This document shows, in pieces, positions 31,255 through 39,627 of a stretch of DNA of 64,000 bases (the stretch's first letter is position 1; each line of letters opens with the position of its first letter). Origin of the DNA: Bacteriovoracaceae bacterium (GTDB lineage: Bacteria > Bdellovibrionota > Bacteriovoracia > Bacteriovoracales > Bacteriovoracaceae). A program made the position numbers and the translations under genes. The notes below the pieces were generated by a model that had not been told where the DNA came from, did no database searches, and saw only the letters and a list, made by a program, of their open reading frames with translations. The stretch spans positions 1 through 64,000 of the forward strand of contig JABIHA010000018.1 of assembly GCA_018649885.1 (NCBI GenBank), given 5' to 3'.

Positions 31255-31357
31255 ATACTGATCCCAGTTTGAATTTCAAGTGGTGCATTCCTCATCGGAG
31301 TGTGCTACACGCCTTCTTCGTCATCCACTCACTTGAAATCCAAACTGGAATCAGTAT
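31255..31357 (-). other. Long stem-loop (28-bp arms), candidate structured RNA or repeat element
   Basis: Arms 31255-31282 and 31330-31357 are complementary with 2 mismatches, both G-U pairs on the minus strand. Confidence 0.6.
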
Positions 31358-31389
31358 CATTAAATTAATTAAAGTAAAAAAAAGAAAAA

Positions 31390-31689
31390 TTATGCGATAG
31401 GGGGACTGATGCCACTTAGGCAGTATCGACCTCTTTTATCTGAGGTCTTTTTCATTCCATGATTTGTCACCACTTTTTGGACTCTTCGAGGAAGAGACGC
31501 TGGGATGTTAAGGCCCACCTTCGAATTTACATTGAAGCAATTGCCTTGGTTTGATGGGTGTGAACAGGAGGGAAGTCTGGAAATAAATTTACAGGATTTT
31601 ACTGAGCTATCCCCTTCCTCGCATTGCCCATGAGCGTATGACATACTTGAAAAGATTATAAAGAATGTTGTAAGTGCCGATATTTTCAC
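31390..31689 (-). CDS. Small secreted Cys-containing hypothetical protein
   Basis: AAGGAG RBS, GTG start, signal peptide ending SYA, 5 Cys. Confidence 0.55.
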   Translation of the reverse strand: MKISALTTFFIIFSSMSYAHGQCEEGDSSVKSCKFISRLPSCSHPSNQGNCFNVNSKVGLNIPASLPRRVQKVVTNHGMKKTSDKRGRYCLSGISPPIA

Positions 31690-31762
31690 AGCTTCTCCTT
31701 ATAGGGGAAAGATGGCCTCACTTCCAGTAATGTCAATGTTGCTGTCAGGTTTTTTTAGAAAC

Positions 31763-32707
31763 TTATTTTTGTTTAAGAATATTTTCTTTAATTAGCACTA
31801 ATATCTCATTAATATCATTAGGATTCTGAGTGATTGATGGGTGAACCTGCAAAGCTATAGACAACCTTGCATTAAAACAAATTGTTCCAATTCCAATGGG
31901 ATGGGCCTTTGTTACTGGAGGGCAGAAAAACCAATCCCTTTTATCAGTCAAACTGTTCCATACTCCAAGATTGCTAAATGTTCCTACCCAGGAATGATTT
32001 TTTTGATGGTACTTGTTTAGTATCTTTTCCATTCCCGCTATGCCAATTTTTTTACCGAGCATAACTCCCCACCATGAGGCCCAGTGGTAACCAATTTTAA
32101 TTTTTGTTTTAATTTTTGATTGAATTGATTGTACTTTTTCACCATGAGCGATTTTCAAAGAGATATAAGAGGCATGGTTTTTAACTGGACTATCTCTTGT
32201 GATGGGACCTCTCATATTGATTGGAAGTAACCAAAGGTTTTCTTTTGTCCCATTTATAAGTTTTTGATTGATAGCACTATTTATTTTGTGAACAAGGTAG
32301 CTATTTACAGATACCTCATTTTTTTTTGATCTTTCAAGCAGATGAGAAGTCTCTGAGTTTGAAAGCACAAAATAATGAGGGTCGATTTTTGCTCCTAGCT
32401 TTGTTGTGTCTCTATTCTTCCAATTAACAGAAGCCACGCCACTTTCAAGAAAATATGAGATGAATCCCAATAGAAGTCTGAAAATTGATGGTTTGTGATC
32501 TTCTGACAAAGTGGGAAGGTTTTGGTTTTGACCAATGAGAGTGGCAAAAGCACCTATTCCATCAAAGTCCTTGTGAGGCATATGGTGGAATTCAACGGTG
32601 TTAGAATTTGGATCATAACTTCCAAAGGGAATGTGAGTGTACTCACCATTTCTTTCCATTATGGGAAACCATTGTCCAACCCAGTCAATTTTAGTTTGGT
32701 TTTTCAT
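31763..32707 (-). CDS. CoA-dependent acyltransferase / condensation-fold protein
   Basis: HKDFDG (HxxxDG), PINMR, FSNLG; start ATG 32707 in TAATG overlap with radical SAM stop. Confidence 0.65.
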   Translation of the reverse strand: MKNQTKIDWVGQWFPIMERNGEYTHIPFGSYDPNSNTVEFHHMPHKDFDGIGAFATLIGQNQNLPTLSEDHKPSIFRLLLGFISYFLESGVASVNWKNRDTTKLGAKIDPHYFVLSNSETSHLLERSKKNEVSVNSYLVHKINSAINQKLINGTKENLWLLPINMRGPITRDSPVKNHASYISLKIAHGEKVQSIQSKIKTKIKIGYHWASWWGVMLGKKIGIAGMEKILNKYHQKNHSWVGTFSNLGVWNSLTDKRDWFFCPPVTKAHPIGIGTICFNARLSIALQVHPSITQNPNDINEILVLIKENILKQK

Positions 32708-34053
32708 TAGGCTACCGGGGTATTTCCACGGCCAAAATATACCGGAATGATATTTCGTTTTATTTTTATCCAATAAACGAGCGTCTTTCCTAGGTGGTAA
32801 AATTTATTCTTAAATTTTCCAAAGAGGTGCCGCTTTAAAATATTTTTTAACGAATAGAATTCTCTAAGTGTGGCCCAGTAGTATTTAAGAATTTCATCTG
32901 ATGACATTTGAGGATGATCAAAAACAATATATCCTTCTCTAAAATGGGCCAAGTTACTATCAGTGATTTTTCCTGCATCCCAAGCCTGTTTTCCCATAGG
33001 AGTCTTAGGATATGGAGTTGCCGTGAAAAATTCAGCAACAGAGATATTGATATTATCTAAGTAATCGATAGTTTGTTTAAAAACTTCAGGTGTATCTTGA
33101 TCGAGTCCAAACATAATAAGTGCATGTACAGCAATTCCCGAAAGATGGATATTCTCTATTTGGCCTTTAAAAAGACCTGCTTTATTAAATCCTTTTCCAA
33201 CGCCATTTAGATTATCCTGGCTCAAGCTTTCCATTCCAACGGCAAGCCACCTGCAGCCTGCTTTGTAGGCAAGATCTAGAAGTTCAGGATCTTTATGACA
33301 ATTTATGGTTACCTGAGAACCCCAAGTCACCTTAAGTGGAATCATTTCTCTAAATAGTTTCTTTGCAAAATTTGTATCTTCCATTAAGTTGTCATCAGTA
33401 AAAAATATAAATTTTGATTTAGTCGCTTTTATATCTCTAATGATGTGTTCAACTGGACGATGCCGATAAGTATACTGATTAAATTGAATAATTGAGCAGT
33501 ATTCGCATGTAAACGGGCAACCCCTTGTGGCCTGAACAGGGTATACTACAAACCTGTCTTTCTTAATGAGATCATATCGAGGAGTTGGCATTTCACTAAT
33601 ATCAAAGCTTGCTTCGCCTTTATAGACTTTTTTAAGGCAGCCATTTTCAATATCCGAGATCATTTGTTTCCAAACTTTGTCACCTTCACCTAGGCACATG
33701 GAATCGACAACATCTTCGATCATCTCGGGATGCATGGTTGGAAGGTAGCCACCAATGACTACAATTTTTCCTCTCTTTCTAAACTCGGTAGCTATATCTC
33801 TCGCTCTTTCCACTTGCATGACCTGGGCCGAGATGGCGACAACTTGAGCCTCATCGTCAAAGTTAACTTCTTCAAAGCAATCTTCAACAAGTTCCATTTC
33901 AATATCACTTGGTAAGTATGCTGCCAGTAGAGGGAGCGCCATGTGAACAACATTGGCGACACTTAAGCGGTCTATGAATTTATCGGCCCTGACGACACTT
34001 CCACAGTCGTCATAATGTGCTGAATGAACCAATAAAATACGTGAGATTTTCAT
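32707..34053 (-). CDS. Cobalamin-binding radical SAM enzyme
   Basis: N-terminal B12-binding domain (VVIGGYLPT, GEGD), RGCPFTCEYC, FTDDN, GMES, TPYPKTP. Confidence 0.9.
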   Translation of the reverse strand: MKISRILLVHSAHYDDCGSVVRADKFIDRLSVANVVHMALPLLAAYLPSDIEMELVEDCFEEVNFDDEAQVVAISAQVMQVERARDIATEFRKRGKIVVIGGYLPTMHPEMIEDVVDSMCLGEGDKVWKQMISDIENGCLKKVYKGEASFDISEMPTPRYDLIKKDRFVVYPVQATRGCPFTCEYCSIIQFNQYTYRHRPVEHIIRDIKATKSKFIFFTDDNLMEDTNFAKKLFREMIPLKVTWGSQVTINCHKDPELLDLAYKAGCRWLAVGMESLSQDNLNGVGKGFNKAGLFKGQIENIHLSGIAVHALIMFGLDQDTPEVFKQTIDYLDNINISVAEFFTATPYPKTPMGKQAWDAGKITDSNLAHFREGYIVFDHPQMSSDEILKYYWATLREFYSLKNILKRHLFGKFKNKFYHLGKTLVYWIKIKRNIIPVYFGRGNTPVA

Positions 34054-34143
34054 ATGTTAAGTGTATGCCAATTATCAAAAAACACATCGTTTTAGTCGTA
34101 TATTGGTAATAATTTCAGGACTGTATAGCAGGCTGTACACCTC

Positions 34144-34180
34144 CAGCATCAAAACATGCCATTGGCATGTTTTGATGCTG
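34144..34180. repeat. Perfect 18-1-18 palindrome
   Basis: CAGCATCAAAACATGCCA-T-TGGCATGTTTTGATGCTG; second hairpin GAGAGACT-CCCCC-AGTCTCTC at 34197-34217. Confidence 0.85.
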
Positions 34181-34419
34181 AGAGGTATGTGACTGAGAGA
34201 GACTCCCCCAGTCTCTCGCGAAACAAGCACTAAAACACTAAATATCTATTGAGCACTTTTTGGTAAAAATTGGAGTCTTTTTTAGCTTTTTAAGGACATT
34301 TGGCCCGAGCACACTAAAATTAATGATTTCAATGATATAGGTCTGTAAACTATTCAATTTAGGCACTCCAAACGCTGAGCCGTGATATACCTTTTGGGCA
34401 CAATTCTTTGGAGGAAAAC

Positions 34420-36264
34420 ATGCGAGTTTTAGCACTGCTTATGCTACTTCAACCCCTTTCTGCGATCGCCGCAGATTCTGAAAAGGGATATGAAACCGAA
34501 TACGACAAACCAGAATATTCAAAAAGGATGGCCAGCGTCTATCACGAAACAAGAGTGAAGGTTTTGGAGTCTACAAGCCCAGTAATCAGGCCTCTATCTG
34601 AGTATGATATCAAGACTATTTTCGAAACCAGGGGCGGAAAAAGACCCAAATTCAACTACTATATTTACGATGCAGGACTTGGTACTGAGGAGCTAATCTA
34701 CCCAGTTTTCCAAAGTGGCTGGATGAAAAATTGGTTTCAGTTAATTCCTGGCATATTTGGTGCTGTGGGAAAAACAGATATCTATTCTATCACTGATTTA
34801 AAAGAAGGTTGTAAAGTTTGGACCTACTACAATATTAGAAAACTTAAAAAATCTCCAAAAGATATGTTTGCTTCCGTTAAGCAGAAAGGTTTTAAGTACC
34901 TAGTCTTAAGATTTGAATACTACCAAAAATCTCATAAAGATGCTCATTGTGGAAAGCATGTGGCCAATGAACTGGGCGCCGACTTATTTGATCCCTTTGA
35001 CATTATTAAAGAGTACAAAGATATTTATTCTCTGTCGGAGTTTCCAGCAGATTTAATGCCTAAATTTGAAATAAAAATTTCAGCAACTAAGTATATTGAT
35101 ACTGAAACTAAGAAGAGAAAAATCAAGAGAATTGATAAGAGACAAATAAAACCAGAAAACAACTCTCTATTTTACTACAAGGGCTCTCCTGTAGCCCACC
35201 TTGATACTGAGGAATCAAACCCTCAAGTAGATGCACCAGCACTTGAGTTCGCAAGTCAGACTGTGTTTCCTGCTAATAAATTGATGAGAGAAAAGATTGT
35301 ATTAAAAAATCTATTAACAGAGGTTGAATTTAAGAGATTTGTTAAAATGCTCGAAGGACAGCCGGTAGCTGGATATTCAAGCAGTGATGAACCAGGTGGA
35401 GACACTTTAAAGTTAGAAAATATCACTAGCACCAATTTATATACTGCAGGCGTCGACAGATGGAAAAATTTGGACCGCGGAAAAATCACAACAGATATCA
35501 ACAACTATGTGGTTGCTGGTTTTGTAGTGAAGCCCTATGAAAAAGAAACTGACGCTAGCTTTGATGGACTTAGAGTTGTTCCTCAAATTCGATTTGTCTT
35601 TCAACTTAAAGATCCGGCCAGTGGAAAGTATCTTGAACAAGTTGGTATTCATTTAAATTTTGATGCCATTGATCGACTTCAAGATAAAGCTACAAGAGAC
35701 GCCAGTCACAAATTATTTTTAAAAGATTTAGAAGCTCTCGCTAACGGCAAGGGCAGTAAAAATTATGACCAAAAAACCATCGATTTTTTAACAAAGTATA
35801 TCTCTGGAAAGGGTGCAGAAAACTTGGCATGGAGCTCTAGTTTGACAGGGCCTTGGGTATTTGGCGCTCTTTCAAGTGTGGATAACGATAAAAGGATTTT
35901 AGTTCCAGTAAGACTTAAGTGGCACGGAGTTGACCTTGGCTACTATTCTTCTGTTCATGATGGTGATGTATTCAAGGATGCTCTTAAATCAGATGATCCT
36001 GCAGTTGATAAAGAGGCCATTGTAAAAGGTTTTGAAGCTCTTGATGCCAGTCACTACCGCGATCCAAAAAGAATGGATGTAGATAAGATTGGATTTAGCG
36101 CAGTAACTTGTTCGCAATGCCACCATATGTCCGGAAAGGATGCCATCTTTCTAAAATACAATGATGGCGTTGATCCTAGAGATAAAAGAGAAGTTACGCC
36201 TTCTGAGTTTATTTACCGCGAATCAAATAGACAGCTTAAGTTTGGAAAGTCATTTTGGCATTGA
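34420..36264 (+). CDS. Secreted hypothetical protein with single C-terminal CxxCH (possible c-type heme)
   Basis: GGAGG RBS, signal peptide MRVLALLMLLQPLSAIA, CSQCH near C-terminus. Confidence 0.6.
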   Translation: MRVLALLMLLQPLSAIAADSEKGYETEYDKPEYSKRMASVYHETRVKVLESTSPVIRPLSEYDIKTIFETRGGKRPKFNYYIYDAGLGTEELIYPVFQSGWMKNWFQLIPGIFGAVGKTDIYSITDLKEGCKVWTYYNIRKLKKSPKDMFASVKQKGFKYLVLRFEYYQKSHKDAHCGKHVANELGADLFDPFDIIKEYKDIYSLSEFPADLMPKFEIKISATKYIDTETKKRKIKRIDKRQIKPENNSLFYYKGSPVAHLDTEESNPQVDAPALEFASQTVFPANKLMREKIVLKNLLTEVEFKRFVKMLEGQPVAGYSSSDEPGGDTLKLENITSTNLYTAGVDRWKNLDRGKITTDINNYVVAGFVVKPYEKETDASFDGLRVVPQIRFVFQLKDPASGKYLEQVGIHLNFDAIDRLQDKATRDASHKLFLKDLEALANGKGSKNYDQKTIDFLTKYISGKGAENLAWSSSLTGPWVFGALSSVDNDKRILVPVRLKWHGVDLGYYSSVHDGDVFKDALKSDDPAVDKEAIVKGFEALDASHYRDPKRMDVDKIGFSAVTCSQCHHMSGKDAIFLKYNDGVDPRDKREVTPSEFIYRESNRQLKFGKSFWH

Positions 36265-36278
36265 TTGTCATTACGGTA

Positions 36279-36806
36279 CTAAAGTTTTAGAGACATTCGA
36301 ATGTCGCCAATGCTGGTACCGTTTACATAAAATGCATCTTTGACTTCTCCGTTAATGATAAACCCATTTTTTTTATAGAGACTTATAGCAGGCGTGTTTG
36401 TATCGAATACGCCTAGATCCATCCACTCGAGTCCAGATTCTTTGGCCCAGGATATAGCAAAACAAAGAAGTCCTTTTCCATACCCTTGAGCTTTGTAATC
36501 TCTATCAACTCCCATCATCAAAGTGCAGCGGTGAAGATTTGTTAAAACTGATCCACCACTTAAATCAACTGACCCAATAAACTTTCCATCTTCCAAAATT
36601 CCCCAGGATCTTTTCCATCCCGGAGCTGTCAATTCAGTGGACATAGATGCAAGGTGAGACTCGGGTTGCCAAGTCCAACTATCAAGCATTTCCTGATTGA
36701 ATGGGTTATAAATTGGGGCACCATCAATGCCAGACCTAGATACCATCAGCTCTTTGTGTTCACTATATAGAAGCGCTGTACTTTTATCTATGGCCTCAAT
36801 TTTCAT
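36279..36806 (-). CDS. GNAT N-acetyltransferase
   Basis: MGVDRDYKAQGYG, LGVFDTNTPAISLYKKNGF. Confidence 0.88.
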   Translation of the reverse strand: MKIEAIDKSTALLYSEHKELMVSRSGIDGAPIYNPFNQEMLDSWTWQPESHLASMSTELTAPGWKRSWGILEDGKFIGSVDLSGGSVLTNLHRCTLMMGVDRDYKAQGYGKGLLCFAISWAKESGLEWMDLGVFDTNTPAISLYKKNGFIINGEVKDAFYVNGTSIGDIRMSLKL

Positions 36807-36900
36807 TTTATATTCTCCACTTTATGGAAAGTCCTATGAATGATGTTATCAGATATAGATGATATTTAATTGTGCTTTGCAGAATTAAATTGTCATAGTA

Positions 36901-36962
36901 CTACTAAGTTTTTAGTAGACAACTACGAAATCTTTAGTAGCATACTACTAATCTTTTAGTAG
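36901..36962. promoter_or_regulatory. Three tandem palindromic operators CTACTAA-N4-TTAGTAG (22-bp period), putative BlaI sites
   Basis: 36901-36918, 36923-36940 (1 mismatch), 36945-36962, directly upstream of the blaI-family gene. Confidence 0.8.
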
Positions 36963-36975
36963 ACACGAGGTAATA

Positions 36976-37371
36976 GTGAAGAAAAGAAAACAAGCAGCTG
37001 GAAGGCTAACTGACTTAGAGTTGGAAATTATGAATGTAATTTGGGAATTGGGGGAGACCACTATTTCTGAGGTAAATCAGATTCTGGGTGAAACTAGTAA
37101 AAAACACGCCTATACAACAACTGCTACTATGATGAAAATCTTAGAAAAGAAAAAATTTCTCAAAAGTAAGAAGAAAGAGCGTGCTCATAAATATACTCCT
37201 TCGGTCACTAAAGATATCTATGAGGGAAATGCAATAAACCATATTGTGGACAATGTGTTCGAGGGAGCTTCTGCAAAACTTGTCATGAAGCTTTTGGATG
37301 ATACAAAACTAAATCGCGAAGAGCTCATTGAAATTAGAAAAACTCTTGAATCAAGGATTGAAGATGAGTAG
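36976..37371 (+). CDS. blaI: BlaI/MecI/CopY-family repressor
   Basis: LTDLELEIMNVIW, AYTTTATMMKILEKK, RAHKY, VFEG. Confidence 0.9.
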   Translation: MKKRKQAAGRLTDLELEIMNVIWELGETTISEVNQILGETSKKHAYTTTATMMKILEKKKFLKSKKKERAHKYTPSVTKDIYEGNAINHIVDNVFEGASAKLVMKLLDDTKLNREELIEIRKTLESRIEDE

Positions 37372-39400
37372 TGGGTTTCATTTTTTAATAAATATCAATA
37401 TACTCCTTTTACTTAGTTTCTTAGGCTACAAGGTATTGTTTTACTTCAAAGATTCCTCTGTAAAGTCTGTTAGAAAAACCTTTCTTTTGAACTGTGCACG
37501 ATCAGTTTTATTAATATCACTTGTGCTCCCTGCAATTGTCTTCAATCTAAAACTAGATAAGGATTTACCTTCAATTGAATATTCTCAATTTAACGTCTTG
37601 CCAGAGGGAATTTCACAACCGTTAGTAACAAAAAACCAATTTCAAAAAGAAAAGCTGCTATTTGAAAGCAGTGCTGGCCCAAAGTCTTCACCGCATAATA
37701 TCTATCGCTATTTGTGGATGTTTTTATTGATAGGATTGGGGATTTCTATAATAAAACTAATAGATAGTTTGTTTGAATTAAATAGGCTTTTAAGTTCATC
37801 TGTTCAAGTTCGAAAATTCAAAAACTATAAACTCTATATTTCCCATTTGATCGATACTCCCTTTACATACTATAGTTTTAAAGGAGCTGTTGTAGTCATC
37901 CCCGATAGTCTTATAGCTGATAAAGCTAATTTTTATCTTTCCCTAAGTCATGAAAATCAACACATCAGGCAAAGAGATATTCACTGGTCCCTGGCGTTAG
38001 AGTTTGTTAAATGCTTTTTTTGGTATAACCCAGCAATTTATCTTTGGAATACTCTTTTAAAAGATCTCTCTGAGCTGGCTTGTGACGAAAGAGTTCTAGA
38101 ACGCGGTAGGGTAGATCTTTTTGAATATGGGAACTGCTTAGTGGATGTTGCTGAAAGTGCCTTGAATTCAAAAAATTACTATGTAGTAGGCGCAGCAATG
38201 GCCGGGAATTATCATTCAAATAAATCATTTCTGTTAAGGAGGATCGAAATGTTAAAAACTAAAAATACACTCAAATCGAATTCAACTAAATTCACTGCAA
38301 AAGCGGCAATGCTTTTTAGTATTTTAATCAGCTTATCAGTCCTAACTAGGGTTCAGGCTAGCTTTAGTAAAATTACTACTCACCCTGATATCCAAAAAAT
38401 AGTGGAAAAAACTCTTAAAAAGGGAATGGGCAAGGCATCGGCCAAAAGAGGATTTGCTATTGTGGCCAACCCTAATACGGGTGAGATTGTGGGACTTAGT
38501 CATTTGGAATTAGTAAATCATGAGTTTCGTGAATTGAGTGCCGAAAATTTTCTCAAACAAACATATGAGCCGTATTCACATATAAAGCCCATGATAGCGG
38601 CAATTGCCCTTGAGAAAGGAAATATGCACGAGCAAACAATTCTCGATGCTAGGGGAGGAAAAGTTGTTATTGGAGGCGAGAGCTTCCATGACTGGAAAGA
38701 CCACGGAAAAATTTCCCTTACCAATACAATTGCAAACTCTAGTTTTGTGGGGACTTACAGAATAGCCGAATCCATTAGGGAGTCTGATTTAGTTGCTGGT
38801 CTTAACAATTTTGGTTTTGATAAAGGAAGTAGTGTGGAAGGACTTCCTTTTGCTAAGAGAGGGAAAATTTATTTAGGAACAGGAGAGAGAAGTAAATACA
38901 ATCTGGCATTCTTATCAAATGGCATAGGGGCCATCAAGGTTTCACCTCTAGAGGTTTTGCAAGCTTACTCTAGTATTGCCAATGGTGGAAAATTGCTGAA
39001 ACCTGTAGCTTTTGGAAATGGTAGCGTAAAACCTGAATTAATTCGAAATACTATAGGGCATGAAACAGCTTCGAGAATGAAAGATATACTTTTAAGAACA
39101 ATGACCCAGGGAACGGGAAAGTGGTCACAAAGCTCTAGCTACACAATTGCAGGAAAAACAGCAAGTGGATTTGTATCAAAAGCTATAAGCAGTGATGACA
39201 AACATGCTAAAGCTGATCGGGGCCTATTTATAGGATTTGCCCCCTTTAAGTCTCCAAAGCTCATCGCTTTTGTAATTATTGACCACCCCAAAGGGCCTGC
39301 TCATGGAAGCAAGCATGCAGCTCCGCTAGTCAGATCAATACTAAACCTGTCCTTAAAAAAAATGAGTGTTAAGGTTGATCATAGGTCATCTTCGAATTAA
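37364..39400 (+). CDS. BlaR1-like M56 metallopeptidase fused to a PBP transpeptidase-type domain
   Basis: TM segments, HENQH, FWYNP, ELACD, RRIEM; C-terminal NPNTGEI, EPYSHIK, AGKTAS; start likely 37364. Confidence 0.85.
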   Translation: MSSGFHFLININILLLLSFLGYKVLFYFKDSSVKSVRKTFLLNCARSVLLISLVLPAIVFNLKLDKDLPSIEYSQFNVLPEGISQPLVTKNQFQKEKLLFESSAGPKSSPHNIYRYLWMFLLIGLGISIIKLIDSLFELNRLLSSSVQVRKFKNYKLYISHLIDTPFTYYSFKGAVVVIPDSLIADKANFYLSLSHENQHIRQRDIHWSLALEFVKCFFWYNPAIYLWNTLLKDLSELACDERVLERGRVDLFEYGNCLVDVAESALNSKNYYVVGAAMAGNYHSNKSFLLRRIEMLKTKNTLKSNSTKFTAKAAMLFSILISLSVLTRVQASFSKITTHPDIQKIVEKTLKKGMGKASAKRGFAIVANPNTGEIVGLSHLELVNHEFRELSAENFLKQTYEPYSHIKPMIAAIALEKGNMHEQTILDARGGKVVIGGESFHDWKDHGKISLTNTIANSSFVGTYRIAESIRESDLVAGLNNFGFDKGSSVEGLPFAKRGKIYLGTGERSKYNLAFLSNGIGAIKVSPLEVLQAYSSIANGGKLLKPVAFGNGSVKPELIRNTIGHETASRMKDILLRTMTQGTGKWSQSSSYTIAGKTASGFVSKAISSDDKHAKADRGLFIGFAPFKSPKLIAFVIIDHPKGPAHGSKHAAPLVRSILNLSLKKMSVKVDHRSSSN

Positions 39401-39437
39401 TGTGTGAGGACGGCTATTCCTTTTGTTTTTTCTTGGC

Positions 39438-39580
39438 GTTGGCAGTTGCCCTTGCCCTCCCAAGATAATTAAGTTGAAGCTGCAATATATTCAAATTCAT
39501 CTTGAGATATACTGCAAACCAGTAGAATGTAGATAAAATTGTGTATTTATAGAATTATTCTAGGGAGGGCAACTGCCAAC
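39438..39580. repeat. Element bounded by 15-bp perfect inverted repeats (MITE/REP-like)
   Basis: GTTGGCAGTTGCCCT (39438-39452) / AGGGCAACTGCCAAC (39566-39580), with imperfect extensions. Confidence 0.6.
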
Positions 39581-39587
39581 ACCCAAC

Positions 39588-39616
39588 AACAAGGTAAAGG
39601 GAAGCTTTACCTTGTT
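39588..39616. terminator. Hairpin between convergent genes, likely terminator
   Basis: AACAAGGTAAAG-GGAAG-CTTTACCTTGTT, 12-bp stem. Confidence 0.6.
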
Positions 39617-39627
39617 ACTTTGGAACT

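Noticed and set aside
34054..34400. Cobalamin riboswitch upstream of the B12-rSAM
   Set aside because: Could not find the conserved B12-box or core motifs by eye; an Infernal search would be needed to exclude it
34238..34435. 65-aa minus-strand ORF
   Set aside because: Overlaps the promoter and start of the 34420 gene; no RBS or motif support
36901..36962. 22-bp periodic repeats as a mini CRISPR array
   Set aside because: Only 4 nt between 18-bp units, no spacers, no cas genes; position and symmetry fit operators
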